In this document: piece by piece, positions 13,034 through 27,800 of the stretch
Layout: each line of letters opens with the position of its first letter
Numbering within the stretch: the first letter of the stretch is position 1
Source of the DNA: Raillietiella orientalis
Taxonomy: Eukaryota
Reading direction: 5' to 3'
Length of the DNA stretch: 64,000 nt
Assembly (NCBI GenBank): GCA_036172245.1
Contig: JAYWIR010000032.1
Location: 2,604,001-2,668,000, forward strand
Position numbers and translations under genes: made by a program
The notes under the pieces: model-generated
What the model saw: only the letters and a program-made list of their open reading frames with translations
Databases searched by the model: none
Told to the model about the DNA's origin: nothing

Positions 13034-14829
13034 GTCAATAGCCGGTGAGGAAGATTCTGTTTCGGACCGGTTCAAGGCAGCACATAAAGTGCTCATTTCC
13101 TGAGAATTTAAACGGCTACACGTGTGGGCAGCGGCGGCGGTCGGGAAGATGGGATGCAAAAGCAAGCAGTGTCAAAACAGGTTCCAGTAATTCGAACACA
13201 CTCTCATGGGAGGTTGGAGAAAGTCTTGCAAAACGCAACGTTTGTTGGAGGGAAATAATGCTAGAGTCTCGGTGGCGACCTATTTCGGCATACAAATCCC
13301 AACTTTTTTGAAATCTCTGACCCGTTAACTCCGTGGCGTTCATTTCAAGAAAGGAAAGCAGTTCGGGTAGCGTTGGTTCCCAACCGAAGACAGAAGTTGA
13401 ACGAAAGGTGCATCCACCCGTAAGTCTCCACATCCAAAATTCCAAAACGGGAGGAAAAAAGGGGATGACAGCCAAAAAAACAATAGAAGTCCTCTGTTTT
13501 GGGGCAGCAATCTTTCGCATCTTTCCGTCTGCACCGGTGTCAAAGCAAAAACTTGAAAAAGTTACGGAGCCGAATGAAGTAAGAAATAAGGAAATGTGAA
13601 TAAAGGCAAGCAAGGGACAATGGTCACTGATGTACGCCGTTCCTCACCTTTCGATCCGGTGCTGCAATTTCCGTCTCATCTTATGGTTACAGATCAGGCA
13701 ATCTGGCAACCGTCTCTATTTAGGTGACTGCCATCCCGGTGGGATCCCTTTGGTGTGTTTCTCTTTTGAGACATGGCATGACGTGATGATAGCGCGGATG
13801 GAAACCAAGCACATGTTGGGCGCTATCCGCTGGTGCAGAAGCGATGGTTCCGCAGTTCTTGGAGGCACCAAAGTGCAAAAACAAATGTGGCGGTCTCGAC
13901 TCTGCTGCCCGTCACGTGTCTCAATTCAGGGATGCCACTCCTGCTAAAACTCCTTGCTGCTACTCGTTTCACATAAAATCCTAGTTGATAAAGGGTTGCA
14001 CAGATTGTTTTCAGCTAAGCGGGAACACAGAAGTATACAGGCAATGGAAAGGAATGAATCGAGTTGGCTGTCATTTGCTCCTCACAAGCGTGGTATTTAA
14101 AAGGCATAGATGGCTCTAAACCCGTTCTTTCATGACATCGTCGCTTGCGTGAGCAGACCCCGATCTGAAACATTCTTGTTGTCATCCTTTTCTGCTCCTT
14201 ATTTTATATTTGTCTTCCACCTTATCTAGGGCGCAGAGCCTATTAAGGAAAGTCTTGTGAAGCGCTGCAAATTCCCGGATTCGGCTGAAAGACTTGGAAG
14301 CGCCGCTCCAGAATGTTGGTTTTGGCATATAAACCTCAGAAAAGATCGCATTAAGACTCCAAAGTGGAAAGAAAGCGATCGACTTTGTTGGTTCCACAGC
14401 TGCTCGTCATTGGTCGACGTGGGTCACCGAAGGAATCTGAAGTCGCATCAACCGCCACCATGGTAGAATTTACCCTTTTCCCCCGGTGTCCTCTCCCGCG
14501 GCTTCACAGCTGGGGAAAAGTTCCGTCCGATGATGTCGAAGCGGCCATAAGTTTCAAGAGCAGATCATGGGCATATTGTCAGCCAAGCTTTCCCTGTACG
14601 CTCTCAGCCCCAACTGCAAGTAGGTACAAAAGAGAAGGGAACTCAGGCAGTTCTCCCTGCCTTATGGTGCGCTGCACCAAAACATCTAGCACTTTTTCTC
14701 TGCTGAAAAAGACATCTATTAAAAGATTGCGACAGCAGGAGAATAGGTAGATCTTTAAGGCGGCCTAGAAGCCTATGCGACCAACGAGCTTCTTCTTGAG
14801 CTCCGATCTCCTATCTCGAAGAATTGTCA

Positions 14830-15720
14830 ACCGTCGAGTGCAGTTGAACCGTGTCGAAGAGCAGCGAAGACAGAAAAAAAAGCATTTCCAGGATCCTTGG
14901 CAAATGGTAACGACCGTAAAGGAAGGCAGAACCTTTGGAACAAATCTACTGGCCAGTAGCCAATAGCTTTCTTTACCGTAGAAAAAACCTCGGTAGCGCG
15001 TTCGTGGGACAAGTTTTTAAGGAGGCCATTCTCGCCGAATAGGTGGCAATGGATCCTGAGACATTTCATTTCGAGGTGCCCATTGGCATCCAAGTGCCCG
15101 CAGTAGTTGGGCTGACTTACGTACCAGAAGTCGTCCTTCTTGCTGGCGATGTCAAGTTATTGGGGGAGCCCAACGTTCTCGTGCACTGTAACACGTGCTT
15201 CAGCCATCCCGCTGAAGAGCTGGTTCAAGCTCTCGAACATTCGTGCGTTGGGCCGTATACTGGGCACCCTTTCGTATTTTCAAAGCTTCGCATGTACGGC
15301 AGCTCGACCCATACAAAGAGTGACTCTTGTTAGGCGGACAAATACGGATTTGTCCACTGTCATAGAATAAGTCTTCCTACGTTTAGCCTTAAGGTAGACC
15401 CTTATGAGGCGTTCTGCAAGAGTTGCATCCTTGAAAGTCACTTCCCCGCTCTGATACCCGCTTAGGATGGATGGAGTGACCGTGAAGACCTTAACGACCT
15501 CTCATCTTAGTTCGTGCAACGCCTTCTAGACAGAGCGTGCAGTATTTCCGATGAACGGGGCATTCACTTTGTAGACAAAAAACGGCCTGTTCCCACTTGC
15601 CTTATACCCCATTTGCTCGGTCATCGCCTCTGCCTCTGGTGCAGCCGCGATAGCGCTCCAAGTGCTTGTTACTGGCGGCGACGATTTTACGTGGACGCTT
15701 ACCTTCTCTTGCACAGGCTA
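14830..15720 (-). mobile_element. Decayed family-1-like ORF1 fossil
   Basis: WSAIAAAPEAEAMTEQMGYKASGNRPFFVYKVNAPFIGNTARS resembles YSAAVAAPSAAAIAEALAYKAYNYNPSLLYKVGRVFDDRVARS. Confidence 0.7.
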
Positions 15721-16029
15721 AAGAGTAATTCTTCCTTCTCCCACGCCGAATTCGATTGCGCTGTCTTGTGGCATGGCAGCCGTTGAACACCGGCGATGCT
15801 TCACATATGCACACACACAGGAGAAAACTCAGAAACTCGGTGTCTCAAGAAAAGCTGGAGCAGGGAACGTCCGCTTGCTCTTGCGCTTCGACATGTCATC
15901 CGATCACCTCAAAGCGTCGATTTTCAAATGGACAATGAGCGCTGTACAAGATCTTGCTATGGCCATAACAACGAACCTGCAACCTGCCATCCCCTCCGCT
16001 ACGACTCACGTCGGCAGAGGAGGGGATGG

Positions 16030-16900
16030 AGAGAAAACAAAAAGAAAAATAAACTGAAAATATAAAAAGGCACTTTGGAAAGCCAGTTCAGTATCACAGC
16101 CGCTTGGATGATTGTCCATTCGTTGCAGGATGCTGTCGTGGTACTTCTGCATGGTCTTCTTGTGTAACCATCAAGAAGCCATGCTCAGAAATTCGAACTC
16201 CATCCTCGATGACATCCCTTTCGTCGTTTGCTTCTTCCTCCACATCACTCATGGCCGCCAGAATCCGGCAGTGGCAGCAGGGAGCTGCCAGCGCTGCGAC
16301 TGTTTGCAGGCTGTGACGCACGACGGAGTCGAAAAACGACCTTGGCAGGGCTGCCAACCGGGATCCGGAGAAATGTTTGAAAACAATTCCAGAAGGACCG
16401 GTGGGCAATACACTCTACTAGAAGGTGCGGGAGTAATTCCCGTTCCCCTTACGGTTGATATCCACAATCATCAGCGTCTAGTGCTTGCCGCGCTCGTTGC
16501 TGGGGAAAACCCCGTGCAACATCAGGAGCCTCGAGTCCTGCCACTTCAAGTGGAAGGGTGCTTTTCAACACCAGCGACACTTCAGGTTATCCGTCGGGAT
16601 ATCGAGCAGCTCGCCCCATCTCTGCACTTCTCGCCGTACGACACTTGGCTACCGTCCTCCGCTACACCGCACGAGGCTGGCTCCTGGGAGTCGAGGAGCA
16701 TTGCCTCGGGTTCCGAGGAGCATCGGGAACTGTTCCCGATATCAGGCTCGCGCCTGGAGAATTTCCTCTTGCGCACCCCAGGTTGCGCCAGGGCTTGGCG
16801 AGCTTTCGCACTGCCATCCGACTCCAACTCGTAGACGTAATGCTGCGCGCCAGTCAGATCTTTCGATTGTCCGCTTTTCTCCTGGCAGCTTAAAGCTCAT
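16030..16900 (-). mobile_element. Decayed family-1 LINE 3' fragment
   Basis: AALAAPCCHCRILAAMSDVEEEANDERDVI resembles AALAALCCVRGIVAAWSDASNEDVDENERDVI at about 61100. Confidence 0.7.
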
Positions 16901-17399
16901 ACAGACTTCGCAGAGGATGCTGCCGGCCGCAGCTTCTCTCTCGTTGAGGGCGACAGCGTCAGCGCACTCGGCTGCGGATGAAGCTTTTTCGTGAGTCCTC
17001 TTTGGTCCGCCGGGATGCTTCTTCACACCGCCTACCTTGATGAGGGCGAAGCAAGAAGGATCCCTTTTCTTCTTCGGCTGTTCCTTCCTTTTCTCCGTCC
17101 GCACTACGTTCCAGTCAGCGTTGAAGTCTTCTAGGGTTCCACTCAAAGGGTCTTTTGGACCCTTGAGAAAACCAGTTGTTTTGTCGCTCAAGGCGCGCTG
17201 CCCTCCGTCGTTTTGATGATTGATTTACTTCCTGTTCTTAAAAAGTCGATAATGTACCAAACAGGCGATAGAATGGGACCAAAGAAGTGCAAAGGAAAAG
17301 TGCTATCCCTTTGTGCGACCTTCCCTTACGAGTGAACTCTTGAACGGAGATACAGCTGCAAAAGAAGAAGGAGTCGAGTTTATCGCTGCCAATGGCAAC

Positions 17400-20300
17400 G
17401 CGGCACAACACCATGGAGACATGCCCACTGGCACTGTGCAATGAGGTAACCGCCGAAGCGTCGGGTAGAATGGCCCGCTCCTATCATACACAACGGTCAC
17501 GGCAAGGCGGCCGAGAAATTTGGACGCGTCGTCCCTTATAATGGCGAGGAAAACAACGCCCTCCTTTGTTGAAATCGAAAGGATCAAACAGCTCGTATCT
17601 GCAACGGATGCGGAGGTCAAAATGGTGACCTTCAAAACAGATCTTTTTAAAATAAACAGCGTACGCTAGATATACGTCTCCTGGCATGGAAGGAACATCA
17701 ACTTTAAAGACATTTAAGCCATAATACCGAGGAGCATTGGCTTCACAATCTACTCGGTAAATGAGGAGCTTCAGGAGATGTCCTGGAGCGAAGGATTGTC
17801 GCAAAAGGACGTCACTCGCGAGGCATGGAGGACGCAAGAGGAACCTCGGTATACCTATTGGAAATTAGCTGCTTCACCAAGCAATAGATCGTGTGGGAAT
17901 TTCTGTCGCAGTACGGTGAATTGCAAAAGGTGTGTCCTTGCAATTGGATGGCGGAGGTGTTCACTGGAGAGGCGATATCCAGAATAAAGCTCCTTGAGGA
18001 GGCAGAAATTTCGAGAGAATTTTCAATATGGGTACTCGCAAAACGTACAAGTGTGTTACTGCCAGCAGCCTACGTTCTGTGCGGGATGCAAGCAGTTTGG
18101 GAATCGAAACTACGCGTCCCCGAGAGGATGCTGTTTTAAATGAGGTCAGCAAGACCATTTCAGCAAAGCACGCACGAGGCCTTCGCAGTGCCATCATTGC
18201 AAACAATTGGGGCACATGAAGAAGGAGTACTCGAGGTTTTCCATGTGACCCGTAGCCCAGGGACTTTACCTACTCCCGCCAGTTCAATGCAAGGACCAAG
18301 AAAGAGGAGCGGAGAAATACAGCGCAAGGGCGGCTGCAATGCTACAGAAATGAAGAAGAAAAAGGAAAAAAAACAAGAAAGCCGCGAGGAAAGAACTCAC
18401 TCCAGTTCCAGCAGTGTCAGAGGAATGGGGCGCAACTAGAGATAGAACCAACAGAAAACCGATCTTGGAAGACACTGCCACCTAGGTGGAGGCCGACCAT
18501 ACCGCAGAACAGGAAAGAGAGAAGGTAAATTTCGCGGCTTAGCACACCATCCATCCAGGATGAAATTTTTTACACTGTCGTGATCGACAGCATGGAAGTC
18601 CAAGTGGAGGAAGTCCTGAAGGCGGAGAAATCCAGGACCACGGCTTTGGAGGATGGAAACCAGCTTTCTGTGAGTTCAACAGAACCTGCTGGCCGTAGAC
18701 CACATTCCAGAAAAGAAATTTTTGCTGAAGACACCACGAACGACGTGGAGTCGGAGAGCAAGAAGAAGGAAGACACTTCTGCCTCTAGGAGCTTACGTCG
18801 TCTCCCAGGCATCAAAAGACGGAGACGCTGAGAAAAAAAAAACATCGCTCATGGCTTGATTCCCGCATGTTTCCGATAGCATCCAGATCGCCTCCTGGAA
18901 CCTGAATGCGATGTGTAACCAGGAGAAGAGAAGCAGGATCACGCGCAACATCCAGCGTGACGACATCATCTGCCTTTGAGAGACTTACGAGACGAGCGAC
19001 CAAATCTGCCGCGAACTTGAACGGCAACTGGACAACAGGCCGCTCGTGAGCCCAAGAGAGAGGCAGACCAAGGGCGCTCATATATTCTTGAGGAATAGTT
19101 TCGTTCACACCGTCCTGGAGCCCTAATCTCCTTCTCCCGGCCGCATCGTCAGAGTTACAATCCGGCGCCGTTTACCTATTCTTGGTGAAAGTGTACGTCG
19201 CCACCTGGAAAAGCATCGGTGTGCGGAGGCTGTGCGCGATCTCCTGCGCAGCGACGCCGCATCAAAGGACATCGTTTCCGTCGTGGGACGACTTCAAATC
19301 GCGGGCATCACGGTCCAGTCGAGGAATACCAGGGAAAGTTCTCGTCTCATAGCTTTCCGAGGATTTCGGACTGCTGTGTTTGACGGCCAGCAACATGACG
19401 ATCGAACACCGTCAAGAAGTCGACAGCCGCGTTCAGGGATTTCGAGACACGCTTGACTCTGCTCCCGGACCACCAGCTGCTGTGTTTCACACTGAGAACC
19501 GAACTTTTTGGAAGAATGCATGCACGGGGGCAGCGCTCATCTGCACGCCCGCCTGGTGCGAAACGCTTTTTTGTCACCAGCAACTGATGGAAACGATCCT
19601 TCGGGACACCAACATCCGCGGGGTCGACGACTGGGACAAGTTGGAGCACACCATCCGCGTATTTTGCAATGAGAAACTTAAAAGCAGAAGGATGAGGCAG
19701 GAAGTGCACCGGGAGCAAAACATCAAAAATCGCTTGCTCTTCAGGCACTAGGACCATTTAAGAGAGCCGGTACGCCTTCCGCAAAGTCAAAGGAGAAGTA
19801 GGCGTGCAGGAAAAAAAAGGAGACGCATGTCTTCTGCATAGACCAGCTAAGACAGACGTCGGCAGAAATCGCAGAGGCGTTCCATCAGCATTTCAGTCTC
19901 CCTCTGAGGAGAACTCAGCGGACGGTTTTCCTTCCACACCTACAGAAGAGACTTACTCGGCAACAGCAGGAAACCGTGTAAGAGGAAATCCTCATGGAAG
20001 AAGTGAAGCAGGTATTCGCAGGGCTCCGCAAGGATGTAGCTGCAGATTTCTGAGCTACAAGGATAAGCGCGCAAGGATTGCGTGCCAATTTTGTACTTTC
20101 AGCGGTATCTTCACGCCTGCCTGCGGTTGTTTCACGAACCGACGCTTCGCATCCAAGAAGAACGGAGGCTTCCCGAGGCGTTCCACGAGAGTAGAGTGAG
20201 GCTGCTTCCGAAGCGAGGAGACCTGACCAAGGTCACCCAACGGCGGCTCATTTCCACCCTGAACAAGGAGTCAAGTGGTTGGCCAGGATCTGGGACAACG

Positions 20301-21540
20301 GCTTGAGCAAGACGCTGCCATCGGGCATCTGCCGAATGCGCACTTCCGCGATGCCTTGACGTTGCATGTCTTACAACGTGAAGTGTGGTCAGGCCATCAT
20401 GGGTTGCAGTCGCTACATCGGCGACTTCCTTTTGCTGGGCTTAACGGATATGGAGGAGGCGTTCGATACCGTGGACCATGCGATGCTGCTGAACATTTTG
20501 AGGAAACTGGGCTACACGGAACACTTCGGCAACTACGTGTAGAAAACGCTCGAAGGGCAGTACTGCAAGGTAATCATCAACGGGCAAGAAACAGCAGCCA
20601 TCCGGGCGAAGAGGGAACTACGCCAACAAGACGCCCTTAGTGCGAGGCTGTTGGTTGTGTACGTGGAGACGATTTTGTCACTGGTGCGCTGTATCGGCCG
20701 TCTGCAAGGAACACGACTAGACGACGACACACTGACGCACCCGGCGTATGCGGACGATCTTCTCTTCTTCCTGAGGGACGGGGAAGATCAGCATGCGTTC
20801 CTCCGTGTCGTCGAGTCCATGAGACAGGCCTGATCTTGAAGATCAACGCCCAGAAATCCAGCAATTGTCCACCGGAATCCGGGATCTCTCCGCCTTCCCA
20901 GAGACAGTATTCCGAGTGGTGGACGGAATCAAGTTCCTGGGAATGCACATCGGCGACGCCTCGGCTTCGCAACACGTATGAAAAGAAATCCTGAGGCAAA
21001 CGGAAGAAGTGGCTGCAAAATACGTCCGACTCGACTTTTGCCTGTAGCAGAGGGCAAACCTGTGGCCCCGAGTTCTCCCTCCCAAAGTGCTCCTCGTAAC
21101 GGTCTTCTGCCGACTGGACGAGCAAACGATCACGCAGGCCGAACAGCTGCAGTGGAAAATACTTTGGAAAGAATTCAAGCCCCGGGTCAGGCTAAATCCT
21201 CTGTGCCGACCTCAAGACAAGGGCGGGCCAGGGGTAAAATTGCTCGGGTGATGCATTGATCTGCTGATCGTGCGACAAACCCTAGATGCTGGCATTCAAT
21301 GGCACGAGTGGTCTCATGCGGCAGGCAGACCCTACAGAGAGGAGAATACAAGTTGCCTACATTGTAAAGGAGAGTACGGCTGCAGCCCCTGTCGAGGTCT
21401 GCTAAAAATTCCGCTTCATGATCCCGAGTTTCAGGCGCTGTTGCGGAATTCCATGATCTCGCCGGGGCGGCGGGGGACGATTGGGTGGTGGGAAGTGACC
21501 CCACCTCCAAAGGCTTGAGATACGTGGTTTTCACGCCTCT
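17400..21540 (+). mobile_element. Dead, near-full-length family-2 LINE (ORF1 and ORF2 with many lesions)
   Basis: QCHHCKQLGH near 18190, IASWNLNAM...IICL*ET near 18890, RVRLLPKRGDLTKV near 20190, HPAYADDLLFF near 20740. Confidence 0.8.
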
Positions 21541-21676
21541 CTCGACTTGACGTGCGGCATTCTCAGGCATTTCCGCCCTTCAACGGACGTAAAACCACAT
21601 GACACACTTTCGAAAAAAAAAACTCTACTTCCAGGAAGCGCACAACTTCCGCGTCCAAACCCGGCCAATGTTCTTC

Positions 21677-24600
21677 ACCCGGATATGCCGGGGCATTTAT
21701 TGTCAAAATTTTCACAAGAGTTCATGATAGAGTAAAAAATTTGTTTCTGTGGTACAACACTCGGTTCTATTACGCTGAGTAGACTTGTGATGAACCGGTA
21801 CGCTGAACGGTGGCGTCCTCTCCATGGGAGAAGTGAAAGGACAAAAGAAAAAAAAAAAAAGGAAAAGAATTCAAAAGGTTGAAGAATTGTTTCTTTAGGG
21901 AGAGGTGGAAAGGGTTTAGAATACTGTTCTCCTGGATCGGTCCCCTGCATTATGTGAAGGATGCCGACAAGTGCTGCTTTTGCATCATTCCGCTGGGACC
22001 ACCTTGTCGCGATCTCCAAAAAGATCGTGGTCCAGTGGGATGGCGTCTTTGCTGCTTTACCCTCTTCTTTGGGCGTTCCAACTTGCAAGGTATCCGCGAA
22101 CACAGCAGAGAACTGCAAGGGTTGAGGCGGGGGGACAATATCTGCCATGAAGAGGCGCCGGAAAGTGTCTTTCGGGTCGCCTACTGGAATATTCATTATA
22201 GACGAGAGTCGAACTCAAGGTTTACCGAGGGCAACACACTCTACTAGGAGATGCGGGAAGATTAGCTTCCTCCGCACTCTTCCCAACAGGCATATACACT
22301 TCCAAGTGAACAGTGAGAAAAGCGTGCTCTGAATAGCATTCCCCCATGTAAAAGAGCAACGCCGTCCCTTGCCACTCCATCGGGAAGGCGCCGCTATCCC
22401 AACACTCTGTAGGCCACTTAACCTCCTCCGAAGGTACTGCGAGTAGATCGTCACAGAGCACAAGTCCTTTAGGCGGGAAGTTCGGGGTCGCAGCGTCCGC
22501 TTACTCCCAAGACGTCCACGCCATTAATGATTTTTTCGAACCTTCGATAAGGCGGGATTCCTCCCACGTCGACGAGTCATCACGGTCTCCATCGTCTCTT
22601 TGAGAGTGGTCAGCAACAGAGCAAGGAACGACGCTTAGCACTGCAAACACCATGGGACGATCGGGACAAGGTGTCGATTGTCTGCTGAAGTAATGTCGCC
22701 TGGGGCGTCTGTCTAGGATCGGTACTGCATACGACCCCGAAGGCGACCGTTTTCGCGAAGATGGTCACGAGAAAAAAAAAGCCGGCTTCCTGCCATGGGT
22801 GTAGAACTCGCATTGCATGTTTTCCTGCCTGCCAGCTTACTTCTCATCACCTATACACACCTCGGTACTTTTCAGTTGGTTTCTCTCCAGTCCGCGGGAT
22901 TACTCTCACAATCAGGTGTACGCAAGCGGCTTGTTATCGTCCCCACTACCGGAGCAGCAGGATTCCAATGACGTCACGAGGGAACTCTCACCAAAAGAAA
23001 CGAAACTTCGATGCGACCGCGACGAACAGCTCCAGTCGCCTGCTGAAGGAAATGTGAATGGAAGCTCTACTCCCACTGTAGGGTCAGCAGTCCAGGAGGA
23101 CGGCCGGGAAACCTTTCGGAAGCAGATACTGATCGCCGCTTTCGACTTCTGTTCTCAAAACAACCGCAAGCGTTTCGGGACTGTTCGCTCCCTATTGAAC
23201 GGCCACGATCTGGTCGCGGAGAATCCAGGAATCTTCCTGACTGTACAGGCGCAACCTTCCGCAACTACAAATGCCGTCGCGCTAGAGAAGAGGAGAAGGG
23301 TGGCCTCCGTGATTCTCCCGAAAATAGCGCAGGCCTGCCCCGGAAGCAACAAGGTTATTGGCACTTGTGATAAGAGCGCTTCGGTCACAGTCTGGCCAGC
23401 AGCTTCGCGCCTGCATTCCTCGCTAGGATGCGATATTCGGCCCCGACGTTGCGCACCTCTGCTTCTTCAGGGAGCACAGGAGCTCTGTCTCAGCGGAACG
23501 ATGGTTTCCGCATCTGGCTCCCCAACCTGTGCAGCTGGAGACTCATCTCTACTGAGGAATTCGGCATGCACGCCTCCCATTCCACAAATCAGGGGTTGGA
23601 ACAACCAGGAGAGCGAGCGAAATACCGTCCGGCGAGAAGCTCTTTCCTGCACCGCCTCTTTCGTGATATCCTCGTAGCGAAGCAGCACCGCCGCGGGGCG
23701 TTTCCGGATGCACCGCTGTAACGCTGTTTCCCAGCAGCAAGAACGCTGCCGTTTTTCTTCTGACATGACTGACCCATCGAGAGGAACCGACGCTCTTCGT
23801 CCGGAGATGGCACCTGTAATTGCTAGGGAAGCCCCACCACGAGGACAGCTAAACGGCATCTTCCCTTGCAGACTGAGCACACAAAAAACGGCACCTTACA
23901 GGCGAAGGTGATGGGTCAAGCTGTCCGCGGAGTAAGGTCAAGAAATTCTTTTCGAAAAAGCAGTCCTTCAGAGCAGTCGTTATGTGCTACCGCTAGTCGC
24001 TATCACTTCCGGCGCACTCCCTCCTGCTGCCAAACGGGACAACCTCCCGATTGCCAACCTCTCATCTCCTTGCGTAGAGACGACGCCTTTAAGACTAGAA
24101 AGGTAACAGTCCTTGCGTGAACGCCATTCTTTCCGTCACTCTCCGCTTCCTTCTGGGAAACCGTAGAAACCCAGGTGACCAACGGTACGCATGAAATCCG
24201 CGTCAGAGCTCAAATTGCTGATGCTGGCGTAACTCCACAGCTCGTCGGGGTATGCAAAGTGGCAGGAAATCCACTTGCTTCTCCTGTTTTCCCAAGGAAT
24301 CGTCGATCTTCCACGGTGGAAACATTGGAGCCTTCGAGTGGTCGCAACTCTGAGGCAGCAACGAAGCTACATCCTGGCAACCGAATACGCGCCAGGGGAT
24401 ATTGCGCGCCGGTAGACACCACATCTGCCAGCTTTAATTTCTTGCCTTCAAGGCTGTCGTCTCGTGTAGGAAATGAGGTTCCTCTGTCATCATTGACCAG
24501 AGAAGGGATAGTCTTTCATTCCCACCTGCGACCGAAACTTTCTCTTGGAGCCGGGAAGCTCTTCCCTTCTTTCCCTTATAGTGCCTTGAGGATACATTGG

Positions 24601-24850
24601 CCACATATTCCGAAGGCTCTTTTCATCCTTGAAAACCGGGTCAGAATCGGTTGATAGCGACAAAACAGGAGCGCTCTGAGGCCTGAGCACCATCATGGCT
24701 GAGTGCAGCACAGTGGACGGAGAGCGCAGCTTCAGAAAAGCCACTCCCCTGGCAACGAGCCCCCTCTGTCGAAATTGGCGTTCCGATGGAATGCGAAAAG
24801 AGGAGCTCGCGGCTACCCTGCATAAGGTGCATAACAAGCGGCGCTACCGG
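21677..24850 (-). mobile_element. Old family-1-like LINE ORF2 fossil with 3' end; the upstream part is duplicated at about 5298-6850
   Basis: The 3' part is clear (DLLAVPSEEVKWP...FPMEWQ, DTFRRLF, AATAAA and hairpin at 21677-21701). The upstream part is only weakly recognisable (ARTVTFL, PSLVNDD, STVLHSAMMVLRP). Confidence 0.5.
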
Positions 24851-27800
24851 CACTGATTTCTTATTCCTCCCCCCCTCACCATGGTCACGATCGTTCTCGT
24901 TTCTCTACCGTGCCTTCTATCCGCTCTAAACAGCGCTCCTCATTAAAAGCCTAATCCGCGGCACCTGCGGAATTGAGAGGGGAATATGGTTTTTCCCGGT
25001 TTCGAGTTGTCCGTCCTGGAGCCAAGGCCATGCTACGGTCGGGTGGAAACTCTTCCGTGCCCTGACCTTTTGGCGAACGGAGCTTCCTGTGCGTATGCCC
25101 GTTACGGCTGGCCAAGGAGGACGTGCCGGTGTCGGAAACGCTATCTGGTCACTCCACATCGCGCCTGCGCCTCGGCGTTGCCTTCCTTCTTGCCGCGAGC
25201 GAGGTTTCTTGGAGCAGAGACAGCCTCTCCTGCCGGCATCACTAATGCAGTAGGTCAGAATCGCCACCCCGTCTGTGAATCCTAGAACTTGCGGTCAACT
25301 GTAACTACTGAGCACAGTTGCGGAAAGCTCGCGAAGCGCACAACTTTCTGTGAAGCGACGGCGGTCTCTCAGTCACAGCCTCGAGGGAAACCCAAATGTC
25401 CTACAGAAGCGCTATGCATCTAAGTGTGGAAATCGGGTCTGAATCCCTACTCTGCAGTTGGAGAACCTCCGATGCAACTCGGAAGATTTACACGAGCGCC
25501 GCTGTTCCCAGTCCTACACTCCCAGGCGCACTGTGGGCTAAGGCGCTCTGCAGTTTAGCACTTCCTCTGTCAGAGGTTTTGCATCGGCTGCCGACAGAGA
25601 TGTTTATTCGAGGGATGGCTGGCAGCAGACATTTATGAATGAGGAACCAGAGACCAGTCATTTCTCGCGACAGGAGCAAACACAGTTTCGCGTGAAATTT
25701 GGAATGCCTGTTTCCATGGGGACTGGAGACGATAGAAAAAAAGAGGGAGTGAAAAAGAAGCGCTTTGGTGGAGCATGCATTCCTGCCGTATTGAGCGCTT
25801 CTCAACGCTAGCAGCTGTCGCTTCCGGGATGCGAGAACCAGGAGAGATACTCCTTAGCCGGTACCCTCCACAGCAGACAAGTATAACGGTTCCCGCCTGT
25901 CAAAAGAAAGAAAACTTCAAAGCCTTCGCATCCGAAAAAATGGTTGGTGCTTTTGGTTACCCTACTGAGAAGGAGATAGACACGGAACGCATGGGGCGCC
26001 GAAGAAACGCGAATCCATTCTTTTTTCCAGAGTTCAGCAAGAGGCATCTGAGCGACTGATACAAGGAAGAGAGGGATGGTCATCCACGCTTACTCGGCCT
26101 TCAGGGAATGGGCGAGACGCTCTGAAGCAGCCGCATTGGAACGGCAAGGCTGCTTCCGAGATCAACACGGCGATCGCTGATGGGAACGGCCGCAGAGACA
26201 AAGAATACCATGTCCGTCGCCACTTCCGAGGTACGAAAGATATGAGATCCCTTTCCTGAAGTTCTTGGTTGTATTTCGTCTTTATAGATTTGCTTTCAGA
26301 TTGCAGCAGCATGGACGCAACCCGAGAGCGGCTGCTAACATCTCCGAAATGAAAGCCGTCTCCTGGCCCTCGCGACAGAAACGCAGCTTTTTAGGGACCG
26401 CCGTCTTCTGCGTAAGACAGACGTAAGAGTTCTCTACAGTGATGGAAGAGCGAAGAAAAGTCCTCACTTTTCGTGCCACTGAGCTTTGCGGCCCCCTCCT
26501 GAACAATTTTCAGCTTTACGGCGGAGTGTCGCACGAGCGGGCAAGGTGAAGTGCTCCCGGAAGCAAAACAACTGTCAAGACCCTCATGCACAGTTCTCTC
26601 CCCAAGAGTGATTGCTGGCTATAGAGGTTCGGCACATGAGGACTAGCAAGAAGAGAATTCTCTTCTTGATGATGCATCATTCAATCTCTTTCATGACTGC
26701 ATCCCAGTTCGGGAAGAGAGGTGACATTCAGAAACGAAAACTGTTGAAACACCTGCAAAGATCCTGGAAGTTTATCCCGGAGATGTTGCGTTTTGTCTCT
26801 ATAAATGCACTCCACTTGCCTCGAGGAAACACTCAGCCGTAGGCGGACCGCTCCTAATCTTTGTCTGCGCCTCAGTGCGTCGATTCGACATCCCATCGCC
26901 AACGTCGGCATCCACATGTGGACGTTCACCGCATTCTTCTCTACGTTGATAGCCGTTTCCTGGTAAGGATGCGGGAGTTTCCTTCTTGAAGACTCGCACC
27001 TCCCCACGTATTTCCCTAGGGCGGCTACATCGTCGAATAAGGAAGAAATTTTTAGACTTTTTTTCAATCAGGTGAGTGCATATCCCTTATGAGTCTCTCA
27101 CACTACCAGAACACAGGACTTCTACTTCCTGGAGGCGAATTTGGGAACTCCGAAGGTTCTCCTTCCCTTTTCCCTCGATGCTGGAATGTACTCGAGTGTG
27201 GTCACGTTGAGCTCCTGCTGCCCAACTCCGTATTGCAGTGGGTGACCCTGGCGCGCGCGACTGCACTTTCCATGTTTGCTTTTCCATTGCAGAGCATCGC
27301 CCCGGAATCAGGGTCGTGGATTCCAATACCTTTAACTTCCAGAAAGTGGACAAAACGAAGGTTTTTGGGACGGAATACCAGTCTTTCGTCGGGAATGACA
27401 CACTGCAGGTAATAGCTTTTTCCAGGTTGAGCGTCATCATTGGAGAAGTCGATCTCACGCTAATGGGTCCAGCTGCACAGTAGCCGTCATTGACGACGTC
27501 GAGTTCTGATGCTCTGTATTTCCATTCCTTCGGAATGACTATGCGCGGTTTGTGTGTGGACGAAGAGCAGAAGCACCTTCCTGAGAGTGTAGCGTTTTTC
27601 TTCCTGGTTTTCCCCGGTGGCAAGTGAACTCGGTAGCCATGGGTTTGAGAGCGTTTTTTCCTCCACGAGCAGAGGAATCGGAATGCGCACGTAAATCCAG
27701 AAACACCGAAAGGGTTTCGCGCGCACTCCGACGAATGCATGCATTTGACAGCGTCTTCTACGAGGGATGGTTGGGATTCCAAAGGGCAGTGTTTTCGTGA

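Noticed and set aside
22817..23677. 286-aa + strand ORF, and the 262-aa ORF at 5869-6657
   Set aside because: No recognisable motifs. The 5869 ORF is broken in the duplicate (stop at 24120), and both appear to be antisense to a fossil LINE.
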